The position numbers and the translations under genes were made by a program. DNA of 64,000 nucleotides from Squalus acanthias (Eukaryota). Positions 36,706 through 49,502 of this stretch are shown here, one piece after another (position 1 is the first letter of the stretch; each line of letters begins with the position of its first letter). The stretch lies in NCBI GenBank assembly GCA_030390025.1, contig CM059432.1, forward strand, positions 3,844,001 through 3,908,000, read 5' to 3'. Below the pieces are notes generated by a model that worked only from the letters and a program-made list of their open reading frames with translations, ran no database searches and was not told the origin of the DNA.

Positions 36706-37279
36706 TGGCTGAGTCCAGTTGGTGGAATGGGCTGATTTTTTGCATCACTTCACTCACTGAGTTAATGTCAAACCAGCAGTCTCCTCCGTGTAACAGCGGG
36801 GTGTGGCTATCCACAGCTCATTGGTGTCAGTTGGGGCAGCCCATGGTGGGTGATGGGGGACAGTATTTGGGTTAATGTGAACTAGAAAGGCAAGCTTGTC
36901 CCATGGAGACATCTTCTGAGTGACGGATCCTTTCACAACCTGGCAGCCGGTCCAAACATCGCCAACCATCGTTATTAAAAATGATAGAAAGAAAGAATCA
37001 GGGATTCAAATGGGAAATTGGATAAATACTTGTAAAGGAAAAAAATTGCAGGACTTTGAGGGACGTGCAGGCGGAGCGGGACTAATTGGAGAGCTCTTTC
37101 AAAGAGCTGGGACGATGGGCCGAATGGCCGCCTTCTGTGCTGCATCATTCTATGATTCTATGAAAGAACCTGCATTTATGTAGTGTCGTATTGTAACCTC
37201 AGGATGCCTCAAAGTGCTTCTCAGCCAGTGAATTACTTGAGAAGCGCTGTCGCTGTTGTTGATGCAGGCAAATGGGGAA

Positions 37280-37760
37280 AAAAAGACTTGCATTTCTATA
37301 GCGCCTATCATGACCTCAGGACGTCCCAAAGCGCTTTACAACCAATGAAGTACTTTTTGAAGTGCAGTCACTGTTGTAATGTAGGAAACGCAGCAGCCAA
37401 CTTGCGCAAGCAAGCTCCCACAAGCAGCAATGGGGTCATGACCAGATAATCTGTTTTTGTGATGTTGGTTGAGGGATAAATATTGGCCCCAGGACACCGG
37501 GGGATAACTCCCCTGCTCCTCTTCGAAATAGTGGCCATGGGATCTTTTACATCCACCTGAGAGAGCAGACGGGGCCTCGGTTTAACGTCTCATCCGAAAG
37601 ACGGCACCTCCGACAGTGCAGCACTCCCTCAGCACTGCACTGGGAGTGTCAGCCTAGCTTTTTTGTGCTCAAGTCTCTGGAATGAGACTTAAACCCACAA
37701 CCTTCTGACTCAGAGGCGAGAGAGAGAGAGAGAGTGCTACCCACTGAGCCACGGCTGACA
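37280..37760 (-). mobile_element. Full-length DeuSINE
   Basis: Same structure. Further copies at about 38455-38872 (+), 39180-39635 (-), 45470-45916 (-), 54835-55290 (-), 60235-60658 (-) and 62355-62790 (+). Confidence 0.88.
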
Positions 37761-39832
37761 CAATGTGGCAGCCAAGATGTAATATAATTTACGAACAGTT
37801 TAAATACGAACAAGGAGAGTCACTGATTAGCATTGGTATTATTTTGACTCCGCCAAGTGCAAAGAATTCAAAGGGGCGATAAATGCCTGACATAATCGTA
37901 GCTTCTTTCAGAGTTTATTTCTTTTGTGCCTCTCTGAATATGCTTCATGTAACAAGGCGTATCTGTGTTATAAAAGTGACACACTGGGAATTCGTATTAA
38001 AGCGTCACAGACTGCAGCAGATGGGTTTGATTAAAGAAACTCCCTGTCTGTACGAATAAATTAAATCTACTTCACGGAGTTTAATAGCAGATGCCTTGTG
38101 ACAGGTCAGTTTACGTACAAGCTCACAGCTAAATTGATGCATTCTCTAGTCAAATGATGTTAAATCTCACAACACAGCACTTCAGCGACGCACAATACAA
38201 AACAACAATCAGCGCAGGACCTGAGTTTCCAACGTAGGGGGTCATTTGCCGAGTTTGTGCTGCCGTCAGGGAACTGCGTACGGTTTTCTACCAGTTTTCT
38301 TTAGAAAATCATGCAGGGTGCGTGCCTCAGTTTTCAATGTGAATTGTAAGCAGGTGAGGCTCCGCACTAGCAGGGCAACGTCGGAAAATGATCCATTATA
38401 TAATCCCTGAATTTACCGTGAACAACTTAATCATATTGCCATCAGCTGTGGAGGCACTCTCGCCTCTGAGTCAGAAGGTTGTGGGTTCGAGTCCCACTCC
38501 AGAGACTTGGACACATAAAGCTAGGCTGACACTGCAGTGCAGTGCTGAGGGAGTGCGGCACTGTCGGAGGTGCCGTCTTTCGGATGAGGTGTTAAACCGA
38601 GGCCCCGTCTGCTCTCTCAAGTGGACGTAAAAGGTCCCACGGGACTATTTTGATGAAGAGCAGGGGAGTTCTCGCTGGTGTCCTGGGCCAATGTTTATCC
38701 CTCAACCAACATCACTTTTAAAAAAAAACAGATTATCCGGTCATTATCACACTGCTGTTTGTGGGAGCTTGCTGTGCGCAAACTGCCTGCCGCGCTTCCG
38801 ACATTGCTACAGTGACTACACTTCAAAAAAAGTACTTCATTGGCTGTAAAGCGCTTTGGGACACTCTGAGGTCCTTTGGTTCCCTGCACAGCAAGCTCTG
38901 TACTTCAAATTAATTCATTGTATGTACAGCACTTTGAGATGTTTCTGAGAGTCGTGATCAGGAGCTGCATTAATCAAAGTCTTTTTCTTTGTTTTAGATC
39001 AAATAATGAGAAGAATTATTTAACGGTATACAGTAAATATTTTCCCATTATTTTCTGTCCCTCTGCGGGGACTCCAATTATACAGTTGAAGGGGAGGATG
39101 GTTCGATGCTAGTTGAATGCGGAGCAATTCTTATCCCAGACCAATTCCGAGCCGAAATAGAAGATGTTTCAGAAATAAAGAAGAAAGTCTTGCATTTCTC
39201 TAGCACCTTTCATGACCACTGGACATCCCAAAGCGCTTCACAGCCAATGAAGTACTTTTTGAAGTGTAGTCACTGTTGTAATGTAGGAAACGCGGCAGCC
39301 AATTTGCACACAGCAAGCTCCCACAAACAGCAATGTGATAATGACCAGATAATCTGTTTCAGTGATGTTGGTTGAGGGATAATTATTGGCCCCAGGAATA
39401 ACGCCCCTGCTCTTCTTCGATAATAGTGCCATAGAGTCTTTTACATCCACCTGAGGGAGCAGACAGGGGCCTCGGTCCAAGGTCACATCTGAAAGACGGC
39501 ACCGCTGACAGTGTAGCACTCCCTCAGCACTGCACTGGAGTGTCAGCCTAGATTTTTGTGCTCAAGTTACTTGGAGTGGGACTTGAACCCACAACCTTCT
39601 AACATCAGAGGCGAGAGTGCTACCCACTGAGCTACAGCATGTCTAGGATGTATTAACCTGATGCTTAATGTACTGAAGTTCCCTTTTCAAGTTGTTCTGT
39701 GCAAATGCCTGTTTTGTGTCCACTTACTGATTAGAATGGGCATAGAATTTTACCAGGACTGCAAGCAGAGCGTTGATTACGGTGACTGAACAAGGGATCC
39801 CATGATTATTACTGGGACAATCCATGATTCTG

Positions 39833-42255
39833 CCCTGCTGCACCTGCATGCTAACCTTCAGCGACTGGTGCACAAGGACATCCAGGTCTCGTTGCACTTC
39901 CCCTTTTCCCAATCTATTGCCGTTCAGATAATAATCTGTCTTCCTGTTTTTGCCACCGAAGTGGATAACCTCGCATTTATCCACATTACACTGCATTTGC
40001 CATGCATCTGCCCAATCACACAACCTGTCCAAATCATACTGGAGTTTCTCAGCATCCTCCTCACAGCACACACGCCCACCCAGCTTTGTGTCGTCTGCAA
40101 ACTTGGAGATATTACATCTAGTTCCCTCGTCTAGATCATTTATATATATTGTGAATAGCTGGGGTCCTAGCACCGATCCCTGCGGTACCCCACTAGTCAC
40201 TGCCTGCCACTCGGAAAAAGATCTGTTTATTCCAACTCTTTGCTTCCTGCCTGCCAACCAGTTCTCTATCCAAGACAGTACCTTACCCCCAATCCCATGT
40301 GCTTTAACTTTGCACGCTAATCTCTTATGCGGGACCTTATCGAAAGCCTTCTGAAAGTCCAAATACACCACATCCACTGGTTCTCCCTTATCTATTCTAC
40401 CAGTTACATCCTCAAAAAATTCCAGTAGATTAGTCAAGCATGATTTACCTTTTGTAAATCCATGTTGACTTTGTCCGATCCTGTCACTGTTTTCCAAGTG
40501 CTCTGCTATTACATCTTTTATAATGGACTCTAGCATTTTCCCCACTACCGATGTCAGGCTTACCCGTCTATAATTCCCTGTTTTCTCTCTCCCACCTTTT
40601 TCAAATAGTGGGGTTACATTAGCTACCCTCCAATCCATGGGAACTGTTCCAGAGTCTATAGAATTTTGGAAGATGACCAGCAATGCATCTACTATTTCTA
40701 GGGCCACTTCCTTAAGTACCCTAGGATGTAGATTATCAGGCCCTGGGGATTTATCGGCCTTCAATCCCGTCAATTTCCCTAACACTATTTCCCTACAAAT
40801 ACTGATTTCATTCAATTCCTCCCTCTCATTAGACCCTATGTTCCCCGACATCTCTGGGAGGTTATTTGTGTCCTCCTTTGTGAAGACAGAACCAAAGTAT
40901 GTATTTAATTGGTCTACCATTTCTTTATTCCCCATTATAAATTCCCCTGATTCTGACTGCAAGGGACCTATGCTTGACTTCATCAATCTTTTTCTCTTCA
41001 CATATCTATAGAAGCTTTTACAATCAGTTTTTATGTTCCCTGCAAGCTTACTCTCATAATCTATTTTCCCCCTCTTACTTAATCCCTTTGTCCTCCTTTG
41101 CTGAATCCTAAACTGCTCCCAATCCTCAGGTTTGCTGCTTTTTCTGGCCAAATTATATGTCCTCTCCTTGGATTTTATGCTATCCCTAATTTCCCTTGTT
41201 AGCCACGGTTGAGTCACCTTTTTTGTTTTATTTTTATGCCAAACAGGGATGAACAAATTCTGTAGTTCATCCATGCGATCTTTAAATGTTTGCCATTACC
41301 TATCCACCGTCAACCCTTTAAGTAACGTTCCCCAATCCATCCTAGCCAACTCGTGCCTCATACCATCATAGTTTCCTTTATTTAAATTCAGGACCCTAGT
41401 CTCTGAGTCAACTACTTCACTCTCCATCTTAATGAAGAATTCTATCATATTATGATCACTCCTCCCCAAGGGGCCTCGCACAACAAGATTGCTAATTAAT
41501 CCTTTCTCATTACATAATACCCAGTCTAAGATGGCCTGATCTCTAGTTGGTTCATCGACATATTGGTCCAGGAAACCATCCCGTATACACTCTAGGAATT
41601 CCTCCTCCACAGTATTGTTACTAATTTGGTTAGCCCAATCTATATGTAGATTAAAGTCACCCATGATAACTGCTGTGCCCTTATTGCACGCGTCTCTAAT
41701 TTCCCGTTTAATGCCATCCCCAACCTAAGCATTACTGTTTGTGGGTCTGTATACACCCTCCACTAACGTTTTCTGCCCTTTGGTATTTCTCAGCTCTGCC
41801 CATACAGATTCCACATCATCAGAGCTAATATCCTTCCTTACTATTGTGTTAATCTCCTCTTTAACCAGCAATGCTACCCCACCTCCTTTTCCTTTTTTCC
41901 TGTCCTTCCTGAATATTGAATACCCCTGGATGTTGAATTCCCAATCATGCTCACCCTGGAGCCATGTCTCCGTAATCCCAATTATATCATATCCGTTTAC
42001 ATCTATTTGCACAGCTAATTCATCCACCTTATTACGAATGCTCCTCGCATTAAGACACAAAGCCTTCAGGCTAGATTTTTTAACACTCTTAGTCATTTTA
42101 GAATTATTATTTACTGTGGCCCTGTTTGATTTACATCCTTGATTTCTCTGCCTTCCACTTTTGCTTTTCTCCTTCCTGTCTTTTGTTTCTATCCTTGCTT
42201 CCCTTTCCTCTGTCTCCCTGCACAGGTTCTCAACCCCCTACCATTTTAGTTTAAA
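39833..42255 (-). pseudogene. CR1 ORF2 (APE-RT) pseudogene
   Basis: Closely similar to 15388-18324 but with in-frame stops and C-terminal loss. Confidence 0.9.
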
Positions 42256-43196
42256 CCCTCCCCAACAGCACTAGCAAACACTCCCCCTAGGACATCGGTC
42301 CCGGTCCCGCCCAGGTGCAAACCGTCCAGTTTGTATTGGTCCCACCTCCCCCAGAACCAGTTCCAATGTCCCAGGAATTTGAATCCCTCCCCCTTACACC
42401 ATTCCTCTAGCCACGTATTCAGCTGAAATATCCTTCTATTTCTACTCTGACTAGCACGTGGCACTGGTAGCAATCCTGGGATTACTACCTTTGAGGTCCT
42501 ATTTTTTAATTTACCTCCTAACTCCCTATATTCAGCTTTTAGGACCTCATCCCGTTTTTTACCTATATCATTGGTACCTATATGCACCACAACAACTGGC
42601 TGTTCACCCTCCCCCTCCAGAATGCCCTGCAGCCGCCCCGAGACATCCTTGACCCTTGCACCAGGGAGGCAACATACCATCCTGGAGTCTCGTTTGCGGC
42701 CGCAGAAACGCCGATCTATTCCCCTTACAATAGAATCCCCTCTCACTATAGCTCTCCTGCTCTTTTTCCTCCCATCCTGTGCAGCAGGACCACCCATGGT
42801 GCCAGGAAGTTGGCTACTGCTGCCTTCCCCCGATAATCCATCTCCGTCAACAATATCCAAAGTGGTATATCTGTTTGAAAGGGGGATGGCCACAGGGGAC
42901 CCCTGCACTACCTGCCTGCGCCTACTACTCTGCCTGGTGGTCACCCATTCCCTTCCTGCCTGTGCAGCCTTTACCTGCAGTGTGACCAACTCCCTAAACG
43001 TGCTATCCATGATGTCCTCAGCATCACGAATGCTCCAGTATGTATCCATTCGCAGCTCCAGCGCCGCAATGCAATCTGTCAGTAGCTGCAGCTGGATACA
43101 CTTCCCACACACATGGCCGTCAGGGACACAGGAAGTGTCCCTGATTTCCCACATAGTGCAGGAGGAGCATGCCACGGGGCCGAGCTGTGCTGCCAT
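42246..43196 (-). CDS. CR1 ORF1p (zinc finger/leucine zipper plus SGNH esterase)
   Basis: 316 aa, colinear with 14396-15340; GDSIVRG, HIGTND and DGLH. Confidence 0.88.
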   Translation of the reverse strand: MAAQLGPVACSSCTMWEIRDTSCVPDGHVCGKCIQLQLLTDCIAALELRMDTYWSIRDAEDIMDSTFRELVTLQVKAAQAGREWVTTRQSSRRRQVVQGSPVAIPLSNRYTTLDIVDGDGLSGEGSSSQLPGTMGGPAAQDGRKKSRRAIVRGDSIVRGIDRRFCGRKRDSRMVCCLPGARVKDVSGRLQGILEGEGEQPVVVVHIGTNDIGKKRDEVLKAEYRELGGKLKNRTSKVVIPGLLPVPRASQSRNRRIFQLNTWLEEWCKGEGFKFLGHWNWFWGRWDQYKLDGLHLGGTGTDVLGGVFASAVGEGLN

Positions 43197-44436
43197 GACT
43201 TACCCTTTAATTAATTCAAATTAAATTAAATCAAATCAATACCACTAATTACACTATAATTAAATGATATACTCAAGGGCCCTTGTTTACTAGCACTCCC
43301 CGCTACACAACAGAGACCCTAGAAACTATAAACCACAAAAATTAAGTTTGGAAAAAAGCAAGAGAGAGAGAAATACTCACCAACCAATCACTTACCTGCT
43401 TTCTGGTGACGTTACATTTCGATTACTTTTTATTTCTTGCTGCTGCCGAGTCTTGGCCGCTCTCTCTCTGCTCGCTCTTTAACTCCTCGGTCTCCGCTCT
43501 CAGTCTTCACCCAGGACCGCTCTCGCTGCTGCTGCCGGTGAGTCTGGGCCGCTCTCTCTCTCCCCGCTCTTTAACTCCTCGGTCTCTGCGCTCAGTCTCC
43601 ACCCAGGGCCGCTCTCGCTCTCTCTTAATCCAATCTTTCGTTCTCTCTCTTCATTTCTCTTTCTGTACATGATTTGACTCTAATTCACCTGACTTCCTTC
43701 TCCGTCGTTCCTCTGTTTCTTTCTCACTCCTGAAATCTCATTGGTTAAGGAGATAGACTGTCGGTCCCGTCGTTCACCGGGGTCCCAGATGCCCTGTTAT
43801 CGGCTCGCACTCCCAGCAAGTTACAGCGCAAGTAGATTTCGAGCTGAAGGCTGCAGGAAGTAGTCTAACTAACGAGGCATGTCGCGAGAGGCCCCACTCC
43901 AGCAAGATCTGGTCCAATTAGTGCGACTAGCTTGTAGCAACTGAATTATCAAATTCCATTTTCACGATGTGGTTTTCCCAGACTTATTTCCTGTGTTTGA
44001 GAGACTGAATCCTGTGACAGAAAGGTGCTAGCTGTGTGGCACTCTCTCCCACAAAAAGCAGCAGATGCTGGGGCTCAATTATTAATTTCAAATCTGCGAT
44101 CAATACATTTTTGCTCGACAAGGAGATGGACCCAAGGTGGGTGGATGGAGTTCAGATGCAGATCAGCCATGATCTCATTGAATGGCGGAACAGGCTCGAG
44201 GGGCTGAATGACCTCCTCCTGCTCCGATATTCCTTTGATTCCATGCATTTTTCCATGAAAACTGAAAATCAGTAATCTTCACTAGAAGGAACACTCCTTT
44301 GGGTAGATACGAAGAGAGGCTAAAACAGTGCCATACCTTTTGATTAACAAAAGAAACAGGCAGGATTGGATCAACCTGAAACCTTTTAATTTTCCAAAGT
44401 CCCTTTGTAATGTAATTTTTCGATCTGAAAGCCACT

Positions 44437-45112
44437 GGGGGAAAAATTCGGTTGCTTTGCGCCTCCCGTTCCAGGGCGCAAAGCCACTAGCGCCCGGGCG
44501 CGGCGCCGCTATCAACTCCCGCGAAATTCAGCGACATCATCGGCGTGCGCAGTGACCTGCTCGCGCCCCGGCCGCAAACTTGTCTCACACCCCCTGACCT
44601 ACCGCCAGACGCTGTGTCCATCAGGGTCGGGGGGGGCGTACTTGCGGCCAGGGCGGCGCAAATTAAAGGGCAGGTGCCGTGCGGTCATTTTCTCTTTGGG
44701 CCACCTGCCAGCACCGCACCCCGCCCCCCCCCCCCACCCGGCCTCCTCCTGCGGGGTGCTGGCTGCGATCCATCAGCCCCGGCGCGCCTTTTGAGTGCCA
44801 GGCTCGTGTGCCGGCACCCCGCTCCCTGGTGGGCCAGCAGGGCCCCGGTGCACGCTGCGCTAGGCCCCACCCCTTTAATCAGGGGAGGGAGGCCTGTAAT
44901 ACCGCGGCGCTACGTGCCGACGCGTGTGGCGCTGCTGCAAGTAGCGCCGCGATATTGAACGGGAGTGCTCCAAGAGGGAGGGGGAGCGCTTCCAGTAGCG
45001 CCCCACCTCCTGCTTGGGGCGCTACCATTCAATTTCGGGCGCGGGGGGCGCTAAAAGTAGCGCCCTGGCGAAGTTAGTGCCCCAAAAGGGGGCGCGAGCC
45101 AATTTTTCCCCC
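44437..45112. mobile_element. Harbinger-like MITE with H1-related ends and a different interior
   Basis: TIRs GGGGGAAAAATT / AATTTTTCCCCC; flanks ACT / ATT. Confidence 0.7.
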
Positions 45113-46118
45113 ATTGACTCTAACAGTGTTTATCACTTGACGCTGATGGACATTAGTAGTGCTTTAACAAGTATCCTGTTACGCTGGGTGAAAAATTACA
45201 TGGTAAGGTTGAAGAGACCACTCACATTCTCAAACCTCACTCCTGATAAGTTGTGATAAATACACCGAGGATCGTTACCATTCCCTGGTTTCAGCTCAGC
45301 GAAGAATCTCATCAACTCTCGCCTTGTAATCCAAAATGTTCCAACTCTTCACTGCCTGTGAAGTGTTTCATTGGAAATCAGTCTCTCCCCTGAATAGTAA
45401 TTGCGCACTATATTAGAAACAGTAAAAGGGAGGGGGCAATTTCCATGGGGATTCTCCCGATCATAAAGAAAGAGAAAGAGCTGAATTTCAATCGCACCTT
45501 TCACGGTCTCAGGACGTCCCAAAGCATTTTACAGGCAATAAGGTACTTTTTGAAGTGTCGTCATTGTTGTAATGTAGGAAATGCAGTAGCCAATTTGGGC
45601 ACAGCAAGCTCCCACAAACAGCAATGTGACAATGACCAAATAATCTGCTTTTTTTTTAGGGATAAATATTGGCTCCAGGACACGAGGGATAACTCTCCTG
45701 CTCTATCTTCGAAATAGTGCCATGGGATCCTTTACGTCCACCTGAGAGAGCAGACGGGGCCTCCAAAAGACGGCACCTCTGACAGTGCAGCGTTCCCTCA
45801 GCACTGCACTGGAGTGTCAGCCTCGATTTTTTGTGCTCAAGTCTCTGGCGCGGGACTTGAACCCACAACCTTCTGCCTCGGAGGCGAGGGTGCTGCCCAC
45901 TGACCCACAGCTGACACTCTGCCATGTATGCTATTTTCTGGGTTTGCTACAACTCTTCCGCTAAGGACTCAGTGCAACAGAACACCCCATGGAAAATCAC
46001 TTGCTGTATGTGTATGCCAATAGCTCTTACACAACTTCATGCGAAAAAATCATAATTTATAATTCATTTCTTGACGTACTGTAGTTGATAAGAAAATAAA
46101 CAAAACATGTATCTTTTA

Positions 46119-46218
46119 AAATAAAGACAGAAAATGCTGGAATACTCAGCAGCTCAGACAGCATCTGTAGAAAGAGAAACAGAGTCAACGGTTTAGGTCG
46201 ATGACCCTTCGTCAGAAC
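46119..46218 (-). mobile_element. Penelope terminal-repeat fragment with a degenerate hammerhead
   Basis: Matches 58458-58556; 11-bp TSD TGTATCTTTTA (46108-46118 and 46219-46229); the GAAA core is mutated. Confidence 0.75.
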
Positions 46219-47009
46219 TGTATCTTTTATATCTTTCTAAAAATTAATTCACGGGATGTGGGCATCACTGGCAAGGCCAGCATTTATTGCCCATCCCTAA
46301 TCGCCCTTGAGAAGGTGGTGGTGAGCCGCCACCTTGAACCGCTGCAGTCTGTGTGGTGAAGGTGCTCCCACAGTGCTGTTAGGGAGGGAGTTCCAGGATT
46401 TTGACCCAGCGACGATGAAGGAACGGCCGATATACTTCCAAGTCAGGATGGTGTGTGACTTGGAGGGGAACTTGGAGGTGGTGGTGTTCCCATGCACCTG
46501 CTGCCCTTGTCCTTCTAGGTGGAAGAGGTCGCGGGTTTGGGCGGTCTAATATAAATAAACAAAGCCGGTATCTTTTATATCCAATAACAATATCCAAAAG
46601 TTAACGACATGCAGCCACAGAGAAGCTGCTTGGACCAACTTTACACCTAGGGCTTTGAAGTTCTTATTTCACTAATCTTGGCAAAAAGATAGACATGAAC
46701 AATGAGTGGTCGAACATCAGGAGAAAGCACCAATTGTCCATGGTGCACTACCTCTTCAAAAGAGGATTAAGAACAGCTAGTGGAAAATGAGGGGAAGAAA
46801 AGCACAAATTAACTTGTTAAAGGATCTTTATGATGTACTTGTGAAGAAGTAATCTGCAGCTATAAAATATTCACTCCAGATCAGTACTATAAACAATTAC
46901 ATAGAAATTACAGCACAGAAACAGGCCATTCGGCACAATTGGTCCATGCTGGTGTTTATACTCCACACGAGCCTCCTCCCACCCTACTTTATCTCACCCT
47001 ATTTAAAAA

Positions 47010-47457
47010 AAAAGAAAGACTTGCATTTCTATAGCGCCTTTCACGACCTCAGGATGTCCCAAAGCGCTTTACAGCCAATGAAGTACTTTTTCAAGTGTAG
47101 TCACTGTTGTAATGTAGGAAACTCGGCAGCCAATTTGCGCACAGCAAGCTCCCACAAACAGCAATGTGACCGGATAATCTGTTTTTAGTGATGTTGATCA
47201 AGGGATAAATATTGGCCAAGACACCGGGGAGAACTCCCCTGCTCTTCTTCGAAATAGTGGCCGTGGGATCTTTTACGTCCACCTGAGAGAGCAGACGGGG
47301 CCTCGGTTTAACGTCTCATCCGAAAGATGGCACCTCCGACAGTGCAGCGCTCCCTCAGTACTGCACTGGAGTTTCAGCCTAGAATTTTGTGCTCAAGTCT
47401 CTGATGTGGGACTTGAACCCACAACCTTCTGACCCAGAGGCGAGAGTGCTACCCACT
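47010..47457 (-). mobile_element. DeuSINE whose tRNA head is interrupted by the Tx1-like element
   Basis: The SINE runs to ...gagagtgctacccact, then polyT. Confidence 0.85.
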
Positions 47458-49502
47458 TTTTTTTTAATATATTATTTATTGAACATTAAAAATATTTACA
47501 ACATCGTGATCATTCCATTGTATCATACAAATCCATTCTGCCGCTCTGCACAGCCATTCCTCCACCACATATTAACATCAAAACCTGAAGTTTAATTTGT
47601 CTCCCATAACATATATTAATCTATTGTACTTTAAAAATTGATCAGTAATCATGGCTCCGAATAAGGGAAGTGTGCCTGATAATCCCCCCATCATTTAATC
47701 TCCGGCCCTTCCCTCCTCTCATGCTCCTTCCCAACTTTTCGGGCAGCTGTTGCTTTCTCCTGCAGCCTCCGGCTCTTTTTCACCTCCTGTTTGAACCTTT
47801 CCTGCAGTTTCAGCCTCTTCCTTACATTAGGTTTGGGCCGAGGAGCTGCCCCTTCTCCCTCCTTCTGCCCCTCACTAACCTTTCCCTTTCCACACGATGC
47901 CACCCCACCCCCCACTTCCATGTCTCTGTCCCCCTCTGACTCCTCACTCTCGAGCTCTTCTGTAACCTCCCATCCCTGCTCCCCATCAGATACATAATCT
48001 CCCTTAGAGAGTCTTCCTGCTATCATGGTTTTTCCAACAGTGCCACTCCCTTTGGCTTCATCTCCACCATTGACCGTTGCTCTCCGTTTCTTCTCTCTCT
48101 GGGACAATGGCGCGTCTGCACCTATTTTGCTCCCTTCTGGCGTCTTTGTCTTCCCGCTCCCATCCTGTTGCCCCTTTAAGGCTCCTGCCTATTGCACCCT
48201 CTCCTTGTCTTGCCCCCTCCTGCTCCCCGAGATGTCCAAATCACCATCTTTCTTTGGAATACTTACACTTACCCCGCACCCCGCTCCCGCCTCCTCTCCC
48301 CCCGCGGACACCAGATTCTTTAGGGAGATCTGAGCCGTATTATGGCTCTACTCTGCCCTTGACCCGTGCTGCCCTCTACTGTCTTTGTCCTTTTCCACCG
48401 TACTTGGTGTGTTTTCCACCATCTTCATCCTGTTCTCTGCTCCGCAATTTTCTGCCTCTTCCTGCGCTCTTTTCTCCTTCCATTCACCAGCTGTGTCCTC
48501 TGCCTGCTCTGCTCCTCCAGCCGCTCCACTCACACCTCCTGCTCCTTCTCTCATCTCCTCGTCAGTCAAGGGGCTTCCTTCTGCCGCACACTCACAGCGG
48601 GTGGGGCCTTTGTGACACACCCCACAGCTCTCCGCCTTGCAGCTCCGAGCAATGTGTCCAGACTCGTCGCAGTTCTAACAGTACAAGTCTGGTCAGCTTC
48701 TTACAAGATGGTCGTGTCCAAAACAATAATAACAAACCTTCACCTGGTTACCATGCAGTACCCGGAAGTACTGTACTCCTTCCATTGTCTCGAATTTCAT
48801 GCTATACGGCAATGACTTCACCCCCTCTGGGAACCGCACCTTTACATAACGGGTTCCATCTGCTACCCGTGTTCCTGGATAGTATCTCCTCTTTATTGCC
48901 GAGCAAATTTTAATGTCCCATGACTCCAACTTTTTGATTAGCTCATCGTCCTCAATATAAACCGGCAGGTTTAAGAATGAGACCACCACCTCTTCAGAAT
49001 ATAGCAGAGATGCTTCCAAGAACTTATCTCCAACTTCAAACTCAGTAAAAGTCTTTCCACCTCCTCTCGGCCACTGACCGTCACCTCGAACCCAACATTC
49101 GGCTTTGGTCGGCAGGCAAAGCAGCTTCCCTCGCCGCAGTCCTCATGTACCGCCTGGATAATATCCCAAGCTCGTATCTCCTTATCCTCACACTGAACCA
49201 CCACCGTGTTTTCTTTTCCAAACCTCCTGGGGGCCCGACCCAAATCTTTGGGCTTTTTTTTCTCCCTTCCCCCAACATTTTCTCCCCTGATTAAACTCAT
49301 CCTGGGAACATTGTCCTCTTAGGGGCCGGGCACTCTGGGCCTTTCAGCAGCCATCTGGCTGCTATTTAAGGACCAAAAAGGCCCTAAAATCTGAAAAAAA
49401 AAACCACCACCAACTTTATACATACTCACTCCAACCCCCTGCAGTAATCAAGCATCCAGCAGCACCTGCTCACTCCTAGCCCCTCCCACCGAGAGAGAGC
49501 CG
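47458..49502 (-). mobile_element. ORF1-only Tx1/L1-like non-LTR element (half-L1-like)
   Basis: 5' UTR, decayed ORF1 (ATG 49354 to TGA 47691), about 230 bp 3' region, AATAAA, polyA, TSD CCCACT; no EN/RT sequence. Confidence 0.75.
47691..49354 (-). pseudogene. Tx1-type ORF1 (gag-like) with CCHC zinc knuckles
   Basis: VVVSFLNLPVYIEDDEL...DGTRYVKVRFP...SLPYSMKF...QVKVCYYCFGHDH and CDESGHIARSC, followed by a charged low-complexity tail; stops and frameshifts present. Confidence 0.8.

Larger units (their letters stand above)
39833..43620 (-). mobile_element. CR1 LINE, 5'-complete and 3'-deleted, ORF2 disrupted
   Basis: 5' UTR, open ORF1, ORF2 in pieces (42096-41725, 41664-41296, 41274 onward). 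Homology to the intact ORF2 stops after KVSMQVQQ. Confidence 0.92.
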
